In this document: piece after piece, positions 20,394 through 29,400 of the stretch | Layout: each line of letters starts with the position of its first letter | How positions within the stretch are numbered: position 1 is the first letter of the stretch | Assembly: GCA_015059945.1 (NCBI GenBank) | Contig: SUZJ01000004.1 | Location: 8,646-72,645, forward strand | Direction: 5' to 3' | DNA length: 64,000 bases | From: Rikenellaceae bacterium | GTDB lineage: Bacteria; Bacteroidota; Bacteroidia; Bacteroidales; Rikenellaceae | The notes under the pieces: generated by a model | Databases searched by the model: none | Seen by the model: the letters and a program-made list of their open reading frames with translations, nothing else | Told to the model about the DNA's origin: nothing | Made by a program: the position numbers and the translations under genes

Positions 20394-20436
20394 CAAAACG
20401 GAGTAGACTAATTGCAGTCTACTCCGTTTTGTTTTG
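20394..20436. terminator. intrinsic terminator downstream of yidC (A-run/T-run flanked, potentially bidirectional)
   Basis: aaaacggagtagact-aattgc-agtctactccgttttgtttt, a 12-bp perfect stem. Confidence 0.85.
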
Positions 20437-20549
20437 TCCAACGTCGCAAATGCGAGTAAGCGAGGGCAGAGGCTGCTTGCAGACTATGCCGAGCTGGAGC
20501 ATTTTAGAGCAAGCGTCAGCTTGGTCAAACCGACCTAAGTCATTAAGGG

Positions 20550-20573
20550 CTTTAAGGTCATTAGGGACCTTAA
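20550..20573. repeat. 24-nt palindromic repeat, left copy (ctttaaggtcattagggaccttaa)
   Basis: Internal hairpin ttaaggtc-N6-gaccttaa. It recurs at 20918-20941 with a single a/g difference. Confidence 0.8.
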
Positions 20574-20702
20574 AGAAAACATATAACTCCTATCACTCAT
20601 ATATCTCCTATTGCTCTTATAGGATATATATGACTAATAGGGCTAATAGGAACTTTAGGTGGGGCTTGGTAAGGTCGTGCAATTCCTTTTACAGACCTCT
20701 CC

Positions 20703-20737
20703 GCCCCTTTGGGGCACCTCCCCTAACTCAGGGGAGG
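20703..20737. repeat. two-hairpin REP-like intergenic element, copy C
   Basis: gcccc-ttt-ggggc (20703-20715), then A, then cctcccct-aactc-aggggagg (20717-20737). Confidence 0.7.
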
Positions 20738-20778
20738 AGTAGTCGTGGATAGTAGGTTGATTGTGGATATCCCCCGCT

Positions 20779-20832
20779 CCACTACCACTACCACTACCAC
20801 TACCACTACCACTACCACTACCACTACCACTC
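20779..20832. repeat. hexanucleotide microsatellite (CCACTA), 8 full copies plus a partial copy
   Basis: Perfect ccacta units were counted by hand from 20779. It translates as (GS)n in the spurious minus-strand ORF 20655..21002. Confidence 0.9.
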
Positions 20833-20850
20833 TCCCTCTGGGCTCCCCAC

Positions 20851-20894
20851 AACCACTCTCCCCCTGAATTAGGGGGAGTGGTTGCGTAGCAACC
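20851..20894. repeat. REP-like hairpin, copy D (inverted orientation), plus an adjacent small hairpin
   Basis: aaccactctccccct-gaatt-agggggagtggtt, overlapping ggttgc-gta-gcaacc. The C/G-rich stem with an AATT-type loop resembles hairpin 2 of copies A-C read on the other strand. Confidence 0.55.
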
Positions 20895-20917
20895 GAGGAG
20901 GTCTGTTTCTTTAAGGA

Positions 20918-20941
20918 CTTTAAGGTCGTTAGGGACCTTAA
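20918..20941. repeat. 24-nt palindromic repeat, right copy (ctttaaggtcgttagggaccttaa)
   Basis: 23 of 24 positions are identical to 20550-20573. It ends 11 nt before the mutS stop codon. Confidence 0.8.
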
Positions 20942-20952
20942 TAATTCTCAAT

Positions 20953-23640
20953 TTACAACCCCGTAATCTTCTTGATTTCGCTAAGGGTGTTGAGCGCTTC
21001 AAGTGGGGTGAGCGAGTTGATGTCGAGGCCCTTGATTTGGTCGCGCACCTGCACCAGTACGGGGTCCTCCAACTGAAACATACTCAGCTGAATACCCATC
21101 TGTGGAGCGGTCTTTACGGCTTTTACTTTGGGGCTCGCTTTGGCCGAGCCCTTTTTGCCACTCTGATCGGTGGTGGTTGCGCTACCCTCTACGGCCAGTG
21201 CATCGTCGGCGTGTGAGGCTACCAGTACGGCCAGTATCTCGTCGGCACGCTCCACAACCTTGGGTGGCATACCCGCCAGACGGGCCACGTGGATACCAAA
21301 CGAGTTGTCCGTACCGCCCCTCTGCAACTTGCGCAAGAAGAGTATCGAGCAACCTACCTCCTTTACACTCACATTGTAGTTCTTAACCCTCGGCAGGCTC
21401 TCTTCCATCTGGTTTAGTTCGTGGTAGTGGGTGGCAAAGAGGGTTTTGGCCCTTGCCTTGGGGGTGTTGTGCAGATACTCGACCATACTCCACGCAATGG
21501 ATATGCCGTCATAGGTGCTTGTGCCTCGGCCAATCTCGTCGAGCAATACCAGACTGCGGTCGGTCGCGTTGTTCAGAATGGCAGCACTCTCGAGCATCTC
21601 TACCATAAAGGTACTCTCGCCCTGCGAGATATTGTCGCTGGCACCCACGCGGGTAAATATCTTGTCCACAACGCCTATGTGGGCACTCTGGGCGGGCACA
21701 TACGAGCCAATCTGGGCCATCAGCACTATGAGTGCGGTCTGGCGGAGTAGGGCACTCTTACCCGACATATTGGGGCCCGTAATCATCATTATCTGCTGCT
21801 CCTCGTTGTCGAGCCTTATGTCGTTGGGTATGTACTGCTCGCCCACGGGCATAGCCATCTCGATTACGGGGTGTCGGCCCTGACGGATGTCTATAATGGT
21901 ATCGTCGGCCACCTCGGGGCGGCAGTAACCGCGCTCGGCAGCCGTAGTGGCAAACGAGCAGAGGCAGTCGAGGCGGGCAATAACGGTGGCACTCTTTTGG
22001 AGCGATGCGAGCGAGCTGCCAAGGTAGTCGAGCAACTCCTCCCACAGACGTAGCTCAATGGCCAAGATGCGCTCCTCGGCACCCAGCACTTTCTCTTCAT
22101 ACTCTTTTAGCTCGGCTGTGATGTAACGCTCGGCATTGGCCAGAGTCTGCTTCCTTATCCACTCGGCTGGCACCTTGTCTTTGTGGGTGTTGCGCACCTC
22201 TATATAGTAGCCAAATACATTGTTGTAACTAACTCTCAGCGAGGGGATACCTGTGCGCTGACTCTCGAACTGCTGTATTTCGTTTATGCGGTCTTTGCCG
22301 TGCAGGGCTATGTTACGCAGGTCGTCGAGTTCGAGGTCTACGCCTGTGGCTATGATTCCGCCCTTTTGTATCTGGTTGTTCTGCGGGTCGGGGAATATCC
22401 AACGGCCAATCCTATCCCTCTGCTCTTCGAGCGAGTCGAGTGCCTCGGCCACCATAGCCAGCGGAGCATAGTCAGACTGGGTGAGCAGCAACTTCATCTG
22501 CTCGATGGCCTGCAACGAGTGGCGCAGGGCCAAGACCTCACGCGGAGTGATGCGACGTGTGGCTATGCGGCCCGCAATGCGCTCCAAATCGCTCATCTGG
22601 GCCAGTGTGTCGGTAACGGCCTCGTGTAACGCAGTGTCGGCCAAGAGCTGCCCAACTATGTCGAGTCGGTTGTTCAGCTTTGTCGTGTCCTTGATAGGCA
22701 TCGTTACCCAGTGGCGCAGTAGCCTTGCTCCCATAGGAGTACGTGTGCGGTCTATGGCATCCACAAAGCCCTGACCCGTGGGGCTGTTAGAGCCCAGCAA
22801 CTCGAGGTTGCGGATTGTAAAGCGGTCTATCCACACATAGCGGTCGGGGTCGATGCGCTGGATTGAGTGCAGGTGGGCAATGTCTTTATGCTCGGTGTAG
22901 TCGAGGTAGTAGAGTATGGCTCCTGCGGCCGTTATGCCTGCACCAAGTCGCTCTATACCAAAGCCTTTGAGCGAGCTAACGCCAAACTGCTTGCAGAGCT
23001 TGGTGCGGTTGATCTCTTCGTTGAAAACCCAGTTGTCGATGCGGTACGAGTAGTGCTGACCGCTGACGGCTTGTGCAAACCTCTCTTCGCAACCACGCTG
23101 GTAGATAATCTCCTTGGGCCCAAACGAGGCAATCAGCTTGTCGGTATAGCTGTCGTTACCCTCGGCCACAAAGAACTCGCCCGTCGAGAGGTCAAGGAAA
23201 GCTATGCCGTTGGTCTTTTCGCTAAAGTGTATGGCGGCCAGAAATATGTTTTCGCGTGCCGAGAGCACATTTTCGTTCATCACCACACCAGGTGTAACCA
23301 ACTCGACCACACCACGCTTTACGAGCCCCTTGACACTCTTTGGGTCCTCCAACTGCTCGCACACTGCCACCCTGCGACCTGCCCTGACCAGCTTGGGCAG
23401 ATAGGTGTTTACGGCGTGGAATGGGAAACCCGCCATCTCGATATAGTTGCCCGGGCCGTTGCCCTTGCGAGTGAGGGCAATGCCCAAAATCTGCGCTGCC
23501 TCGATGGCATCGGCACCGTAGGTCTCGTAGAAGTCGCCCACGCGGAAGAGTAGTATAGCATCGGGGTGTGTAGCCTTTATGCCGAAATACTGGCCCATCA
23601 GTGGGGTCTCTTTGGTCTTTTCTGTCTTTTGTTTAGCCAC
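20953..23640 (-). CDS. mutS: DNA mismatch repair protein MutS
   Basis: 895 aa with a GTG start. TPLMGQYFGIKATHPDAILLFRVGDFYETYG N-terminus and Walker A ITGPNMSGKSALLRQ; also DEIGRGTSTYDG. Confidence 0.95.
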   Translation of the reverse strand: MAKQKTEKTKETPLMGQYFGIKATHPDAILLFRVGDFYETYGADAIEAAQILGIALTRKGNGPGNYIEMAGFPFHAVNTYLPKLVRAGRRVAVCEQLEDPKSVKGLVKRGVVELVTPGVVMNENVLSARENIFLAAIHFSEKTNGIAFLDLSTGEFFVAEGNDSYTDKLIASFGPKEIIYQRGCEERFAQAVSGQHYSYRIDNWVFNEEINRTKLCKQFGVSSLKGFGIERLGAGITAAGAILYYLDYTEHKDIAHLHSIQRIDPDRYVWIDRFTIRNLELLGSNSPTGQGFVDAIDRTRTPMGARLLRHWVTMPIKDTTKLNNRLDIVGQLLADTALHEAVTDTLAQMSDLERIAGRIATRRITPREVLALRHSLQAIEQMKLLLTQSDYAPLAMVAEALDSLEEQRDRIGRWIFPDPQNNQIQKGGIIATGVDLELDDLRNIALHGKDRINEIQQFESQRTGIPSLRVSYNNVFGYYIEVRNTHKDKVPAEWIRKQTLANAERYITAELKEYEEKVLGAEERILAIELRLWEELLDYLGSSLASLQKSATVIARLDCLCSFATTAAERGYCRPEVADDTIIDIRQGRHPVIEMAMPVGEQYIPNDIRLDNEEQQIMMITGPNMSGKSALLRQTALIVLMAQIGSYVPAQSAHIGVVDKIFTRVGASDNISQGESTFMVEMLESAAILNNATDRSLVLLDEIGRGTSTYDGISIAWSMVEYLHNTPKARAKTLFATHYHELNQMEESLPRVKNYNVSVKEVGCSILFLRKLQRGGTDNSFGIHVARLAGMPPKVVERADEILAVLVASHADDALAVEGSATTTDQSGKKGSAKASPKVKAVKTAPQMGIQLSMFQLEDPVLVQVRDQIKGLDINSLTPLEALNTLSEIKKITGL

Positions 23641-23745
23641 TGGTCTTGTAAAATGTGCTTTGTGAGTGTGTGAGTGTCGGTTTGGGTGGTGTAGTGTTGT
23701 GGCCTTGTTTTAGCCCAAACGGAGGCTGCGCAACCCTACAACCCA

Positions 23746-23753
23746 CAAAGATA
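23746..23753 (-). promoter_or_regulatory. Bacteroidetes -7 promoter box (TATCTTTG, extended TTTGTGGG) for mutS
   Basis: The minus strand reads ccaTATCTTTGtgggttg, about 105 nt upstream of the mutS start. Confidence 0.45.
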
Positions 23754-23828
23754 TGGTTTTTGTTGGGATTTTCAATCCCCGAGCGAGGTTTTTGGGGTGA
23801 ATAATTTGCAGAAAAAAGTTGTGGAAAA

Positions 23829-23860
23829 TTTGGTGCACCTATAAAAAATAATTACTTTTG
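23829..23860 (+). promoter_or_regulatory. Bacteroidetes promoter of the pyr operon leader (-33 TTTG plus -7 TACTTTTG)
   Basis: TTTG at 23829-23832 and TACTTTTG at 23853-23860, with a 20-nt spacer, followed by tggg. Confidence 0.6.
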
Positions 23861-24048
23861 TGGGCAAATAGTAAGGGAATATGTCAGCACTGAGAGATAT
23901 TTGTTTGCAAGTTTGCGCAGCTGCGGATGCGAGGAATGTCCAGCCCAGCCCCACTTGTTTGCTCTCCTTTGCTGTCGTTTTTATGAGGTAACTGCCGCCA
24001 GTGGCAAGTTACCTCTTTTTTTATGCACTAACACCAAACCCGTAGTAT
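23861..24048 (+). promoter_or_regulatory. candidate attenuation leader of the pyr operon (contains a 36-codon sORF at 23881..23991)
   Basis: The leader lies between the promoter box and the pyrC ATG. T-rich tracts occur at 23897-23916 and 23954-23982. The sORF stop codon (23989-23991) lies inside the 5' arm of the terminator stem. Confidence 0.4.
23985..24022 (+). terminator. intrinsic terminator/attenuator 26 nt upstream of the pyrC start codon
   Basis: gaggtaactgcc-gccagt-ggcaagttacctc (12-bp stem with one bulged A) followed by T7 (24016-24022). Confidence 0.75.
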
Positions 24049-25329
24049 ATGAATTGTCAATCAGAGCATAACATCGTTATATGTGGTGCCAAAGTGTGGA
24101 CTCCCGAGGGGTTCAGGGTGGCCGATGTAGAGATTTCGGGGGGCAAGGTAGCCCGCATCGAAGAGCATATCACCCCTGCCGAGGGGGCTATGGTAGTAGA
24201 TGCAATGGGGCGCCACCTGTTGCCCGGTCTGGTCGATATGCACGTTCACCTGCGCGAGCCCGGATATGGTTATAAGGAAACAATAGCCTCGGGCACTGCT
24301 GCGGCAGCAAGGGGTGGCTTTACTACGGTGTGCCCTATGCCCAACCTCAATCCCGCACCCGACAGCCCCGAGCACTTGGCCGAGCAGTTGGCCATCATCG
24401 AGCGCGATGCTGTGGTGGAGGTGCTGCCCTATGCTACGATTACTAAGGCTCGCAAGGGCGACGAGTGTGTCGATTACGAGGCTCTGGCCGACAAGGTTGC
24501 GGGCTTTTCGGACGATGGTACGGGAGTGCAGTCCGAGGAGGTTATGGCCCGCGCTATGGAGCGCATAGCCCCTACGGGTAAGCTGCTGGCGGCTCACTGC
24601 GAGGTAGAGAGCCTGCTGAATGGCGGTTATATTCACGATGGCCAGTGGTGCAAGGCCAACGGCCACCGAGGTATCTCGTCAGAGAGCGAGTGGGCCGAGG
24701 TTGAGAGAGATGTCCGACTGGCCGAACAGACGGGTTGCAGACTGCATATATGCCACATCTCTACGGCCGAGAGTGTAGAGATTGTACGCCAAGCAAAGGC
24801 CAGGGGAGTGAAGGTGACGTGCGAAACTGCACCCCACTACTTGGCTCTGTGCGATGAGGATATGCGCGAGGAGGGGCGCTTCAAGATGAATCCACCGCTG
24901 CGCTCACGAGGTGATATGGAGGCCCTGCGTAGGGGCGTTGTAGATGGCACAATCGACGTTATTGCTACCGACCACGCACCCCACTCGGCCGAGGAGAAAG
25001 CCAGAGGGTTGGAGAAAAGCGCAATGGGCGTTGTGGGTATCGAAACGTCGCTGGCTGCGGTCTATACCTTTATGGTCGAGGGTGGATTTATAGGGCTCGA
25101 AAGACTGGTGGAGATTATGGCCACCAAACCCCGCAAACTGCTCGGCATCGAGGGTGGACTGACGGTTGGCCAGAGGGCCGATGCGGTGCTGGTAGACCTC
25201 AATAAAGAGTTCTATGTAGATAGCCGAAAATTTCTGTCTATGGGGCGCAGTACCCCGTTTGAGGGTATGAACTTGCGCGGAGTGGTGTGGCTCACCATTG
25301 CGGGTGGCAAGGTGGTCTACAAGAGATAG
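24049..25329 (+). CDS. pyrC: dihydroorotase (long, class I type)
   Basis: 426 aa. PGLVDMHVHLREPG metal-binding motif and VIATDHAPH. Confidence 0.9.
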   Translation: MNCQSEHNIVICGAKVWTPEGFRVADVEISGGKVARIEEHITPAEGAMVVDAMGRHLLPGLVDMHVHLREPGYGYKETIASGTAAAARGGFTTVCPMPNLNPAPDSPEHLAEQLAIIERDAVVEVLPYATITKARKGDECVDYEALADKVAGFSDDGTGVQSEEVMARAMERIAPTGKLLAAHCEVESLLNGGYIHDGQWCKANGHRGISSESEWAEVERDVRLAEQTGCRLHICHISTAESVEIVRQAKARGVKVTCETAPHYLALCDEDMREEGRFKMNPPLRSRGDMEALRRGVVDGTIDVIATDHAPHSAEEKARGLEKSAMGVVGIETSLAAVYTFMVEGGFIGLERLVEIMATKPRKLLGIEGGLTVGQRADAVLVDLNKEFYVDSRKFLSMGRSTPFEGMNLRGVVWLTIAGGKVVYKR

Positions 25330-25388
25330 GCGACAAGAAGAGATAACGAAAGAAAAAACATCATATTAGGTTATATAAGATTTAGGAA

Positions 25389-26465
25389 ATGAAGAACTAC
25401 ACGAAGAAACTTGTGCTTGAAGATGGCCACGAACTCTTTGGCTACGGCTTTGGTGCCGACACCGAGAGGGTGTGCGAGATTGTCTTCAACACCTCGGTTG
25501 TGGGCTATCAGGAGATACTCTCCGACCCCTCGTACACCGACCAGATGGTTGTGATGACCTACCCACTGATTGGCAACTATGGCATCACCGACGAGGACTA
25601 CGAAACCAAATTCCCCTCGATAGGTGCGATGGTGGTGCGCGAGAATAACAACCTGCCCAGCAACTTCCGCTATACCAAGACCTTTGGCGAGGTGCTCGAA
25701 GATAACGGCATTCCCGCTATTAGCGGCCTCGACACCCGTATGATTACCCGTATTCTTCGTAAGAGCAGCTCGCAGAGGGCTATTATCACCTCGGTCGATA
25801 CGACCAAAGAGGAGGCCCTGGCCAAGATTGCTGCCACACCCATAGCTACCGACTTGGTGAGCAGGGTTAGCTGCCGCAAGAGGTGGTTTTCGCGTACTCC
25901 TAATCATAAATACGATATTGTGGCTATTGATTGTGGCTTGAAGTATAACATCATCCGTAGCCTTAACGCTTGCGGCTGCAACGTGACGGTGGTGCCCTAT
26001 ACCACCTCGGCCGAGGAGATACTGTCGTTCAATCCCGACGGAGTGTTGGTATCCAACGGCCCGGGTGCTCCCACCGATGTGCCCGAGGTTGTGGCCACTA
26101 TCGAGGCTCTGAAAGGTCGTGTACCAATGATGGGTATAGGCTTGGGCCACCAGCTGATAGCTCTGGCCTATGGCGCCAAGTGTAGCCGTATGACCCCAGG
26201 CCATAGGGGAGGACACCCTGTGAAGGTGCTCGAGAGTGGCAAGATACTGATGACGGCCCAAAATCACAGCTTTGTGGTAGATGGGCAGTCGCTGGCTCAG
26301 ACCGACCTAACTCTTACCCACGTGAGCCTGCTCGATGGTAGCGTAGAGGGCTTTGAGCACAAGGGCGACAAGGTGCTGTCGGTCGAGTTCCACCCCGAGA
26401 GTGCCCCGGGCCCACAGGATGCAGGAGAGCTGTTTGACCAGTTTATAGAGATGATTAAGAAGTAG
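25389..26465 (+). CDS. carA: carbamoyl-phosphate synthase small (glutaminase) subunit
   Basis: 358 aa. VFNTSVVGYQEILSDPSYTDQ, GATase nucleophile context GIGLGHQ, and FHPE near the C-terminus. Confidence 0.95.
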   Translation: MKNYTKKLVLEDGHELFGYGFGADTERVCEIVFNTSVVGYQEILSDPSYTDQMVVMTYPLIGNYGITDEDYETKFPSIGAMVVRENNNLPSNFRYTKTFGEVLEDNGIPAISGLDTRMITRILRKSSSQRAIITSVDTTKEEALAKIAATPIATDLVSRVSCRKRWFSRTPNHKYDIVAIDCGLKYNIIRSLNACGCNVTVVPYTTSAEEILSFNPDGVLVSNGPGAPTDVPEVVATIEALKGRVPMMGIGLGHQLIALAYGAKCSRMTPGHRGGHPVKVLESGKILMTAQNHSFVVDGQSLAQTDLTLTHVSLLDGSVEGFEHKGDKVLSVEFHPESAPGPQDAGELFDQFIEMIKK

Positions 26466-26499
26466 TACCCCATAAATGCAGAAATAGAATAAGAAAGTT

Positions 26500-29400
26500 A
26501 TGCCAAAACGTACAGATATAAAGAAGGTTATGGTTATCGGCTCGGGCCCTATTGTGGTGGGCCAAGCAGCCGAGTTTGACTATGCGGGTACTCAGGCCTG
26601 TATTGCTCTGAAAGAGGAGGGCTTTGAGGTGGTGCTCGTAAACTCCAACCCCGCAACCATTATGACCGACACCAACATTGCCGACAAGGTCTATATGGAG
26701 CCCCTGACACTCGAATATGTAGCCAAGATTGTGCGCTACGAGAGGCCCGATGCCATTGTGCCGGGCTTGGGCGGTCAGACGGGCCTTAACTTGGCAGTTC
26801 AGTTGGCCAAGAAGGGCGTGTTGGAAGAGTGTGGCGTAGAGATTTTGGGTACCTCGTTTGAGAGTATCGAGATGGCCGAGGATAGGGAGCTCTTCAAGGA
26901 ACTTTGTGAGCGCATTGGCGAGCCAGTGCTGCCCAGCGACGTTGCCAACACTATCGACGAGGCTGCCAAGATTGCTGCCCAGATTGGCTATCCCGTAATT
27001 CTCCGCCCCGCCTTTACGCTGGGTGGTACGGGTGGTGGCTTTGCCGACAATGAGCCACAACTGAGAGAGATGATGCGCACAGCGCTGGAACTCTCGCCCG
27101 TACACCAGGTGCTGGTCGAGAAGAGCATCAAGGGCTACAAAGAGATTGAGTTTGAGGTGATGAGGGATGCCAACGACACCGCCATTGCCATTTGTAGTAT
27201 GGAGAACGTAGACCCTGTGGGTGTACATACAGGCGACTCGATTGTGGTGGCTCCCGCTCAGACTCTGACCAATAAGGAGTTCCAACTGCTCAGGGATAGC
27301 GCTCTGAGGCTCATCAGAGCACTAAAAATCGAGGGTGGCTGCAATGTGCAGTTTGCGCTCGATCCCCACTCGTTCAAGTACTACCTGATTGAGGTAAACC
27401 CAAGGGTGTCGCGCTCGTCGGCTCTGGCCAGCAAGGCGAGTGGCTTCCCCATTGCGAGGGTTAGTGCCAAGATTGCCGTAGGTCTGCACCTCGACGAGAT
27501 AAAGATTGGTGTCAATCCCGCATCGTTCGAGCCCTCGATTGATTATGTGGTTACCAAGGTAGCCCGCTTCCCATTCGACAAGTTTGCCGATGCATCTAAC
27601 GAGCTGGGTACACAGATGAAGGCTACGGGCGAGGTTATGAGCATTGGCCGCACAATGGAGGAGAGCTTGTTGAAGGCTATCCGCTCGCTCGAGACGGGCG
27701 TGTGCCATATCTACCACAAGAAGTTCGACTCGATGGAGACGGCCGAGATGCTCGACTATATCCAGCGCGGTACCGACGACCGTATCTATGCCATTGCCGA
27801 GCTGATGCGTAGGGGAGTGGATGCAGGTATTATCTACAACCGTACCAAGATTGATATGTTCTTCCTCGAGAAGATTAAGCATATAGTTGAGTTTGAGCCG
27901 GTGGTTAAGGGAGCACCGCAGAATATAGAGGTGCTGGCCGATGCCAAGCGACTGGGCTTTGGCGACAAGTTTATAGGCCAGTTGTGGGGCATCAGCGAGG
28001 CCGATGTGTTCCACCTACGTAAGGCAAACGGCATTATGCCTGTGTATAAGATGATCGACTCGTGTGCAGGCGAGTTCGAGGCCGACGTGCCCTACTTCTA
28101 CTCGACCTATGAGTGCGAGAACGAGTCGGCGAGGAGCGATAGAAAGAAGATTGTGGTGCTCGGCTCGGGCCCAATTCGTATTGGCCAGGGCGTAGAGTTT
28201 GACTACTCGACCGTTCACGCCATTTGGTCTATCCGCAAGGCAGGCTACGAGGCAATTATTATCAACAATAACCCCGAGACCGTTTCGACCGACTATACAA
28301 CGAGCGATAAACTCTACTTCGAGCCCCTGACCGTAGAGGATGTTATGAACGTACTGGAGTTGGAGCAGCCTATGGGTGTGATTGTGTCGCTGGGTGGCCA
28401 GACCGCTATCAACCTGGCCGAGCCTCTGGCAGCACTTGGTGCGCCTATTATTGGTACAGGCATCGAGGCCATTCGCAATGCCGAGGATAGGGGTTGCTTT
28501 GAGGCCATTATGACCCGACTGGGTATTCCTCAGCCTATGGCCGAGGCCGTTACCGACATCGAGGCAGGCGTCAGGGCTGCCACCCGCATTGGCTACCCCG
28601 TTTTGGTGCGCCCCAGCTATGTGTTGGGCGGTAGGGCTATGCAGATTGTGTCGGACGAGGAGGCTCTGAGGCGCTATCTGCAAACCGCAGTGGAGGTGAA
28701 TGTAGACCAGCCCGTGTTGGTTGATAAATATATTATGGGTAAGGAGTTGGAGGTAGATGCAGTGTGCGACGGCGTAGACGTGTTTGTGCCTGGCATTATG
28801 GAGCACGTCGAGCACACCGGTATCCACTCGGGCGATAGTATAAGCGTCTACCCAACATTCAGCGTGAGCCAAAAGGTCAAAGATACTATTCTTGAGTATA
28901 CCGTCAAATTGGGCGTAGAGATTGGCATCGTAGGCCTCTATAATATCCAGTTCATAGTCGATGAGAAGGAGGATGTCTATGTAATTGAGGTCAATCCACG
29001 CTCTTCGCGTACGGTGCCCTTCTTGTCTAAGTCTACGGGCGTTCAGCTGGCCGATATCGCTACTCAGGTTATGCTGGGCAGATCGCTCAAAGAGCAGGGT
29101 ATCAATGTGCTGTACCCAACCGAGAAGAAACGCTGGTTTGTAAAGACCCCCGCATTCTCGTTTGCCAAACTGAGGGGTATGGACTCGTACCTGTCGCCCG
29201 AGATGAAGTCGACGGGCGAGGCTATCGGCTACGACAAGTCGCTCAATAGGGCACTCTACAAGTCGTTGCAGGCTTCGGGTATGACTGTGGCCAACTATGG
29301 TACCATCTTCGTAACCCTGGCGGGCAACGACAAGGAGAAGGCTCTGCCCCTGATACGTCGCTTCTACAATTTGGGCTTCAATATCGAGGCTACACGCGGT

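Noticed and set aside
20779-20832. Possible CRISPR array or other spaced repeat
   Set aside because: The units are 6 nt and contiguous with no spacers, and there are no cas genes in the window. It is a microsatellite.
20429-21002. ORFs 20429..20752 (+, 107 aa) and 20655..21002 (-, 115 aa, containing a (GS)9 run)
   Set aside because: Both are built from intergenic repeats (REP-like hairpins and the CCACTA microsatellite). The minus-strand ORF overlaps the 3' end of mutS. Neither has a promoter box or recognisable protein features.
23861-23985. PyrR-type binding loop in the pyr leader (Bacillus-style attenuation)
   Set aside because: The PyrR consensus ARUCCAGAGAGGYU is not present; only a partial UCCAGC at 23938-23943 matches. 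No pyrR gene is in the window, and hpt is a different PRTase.
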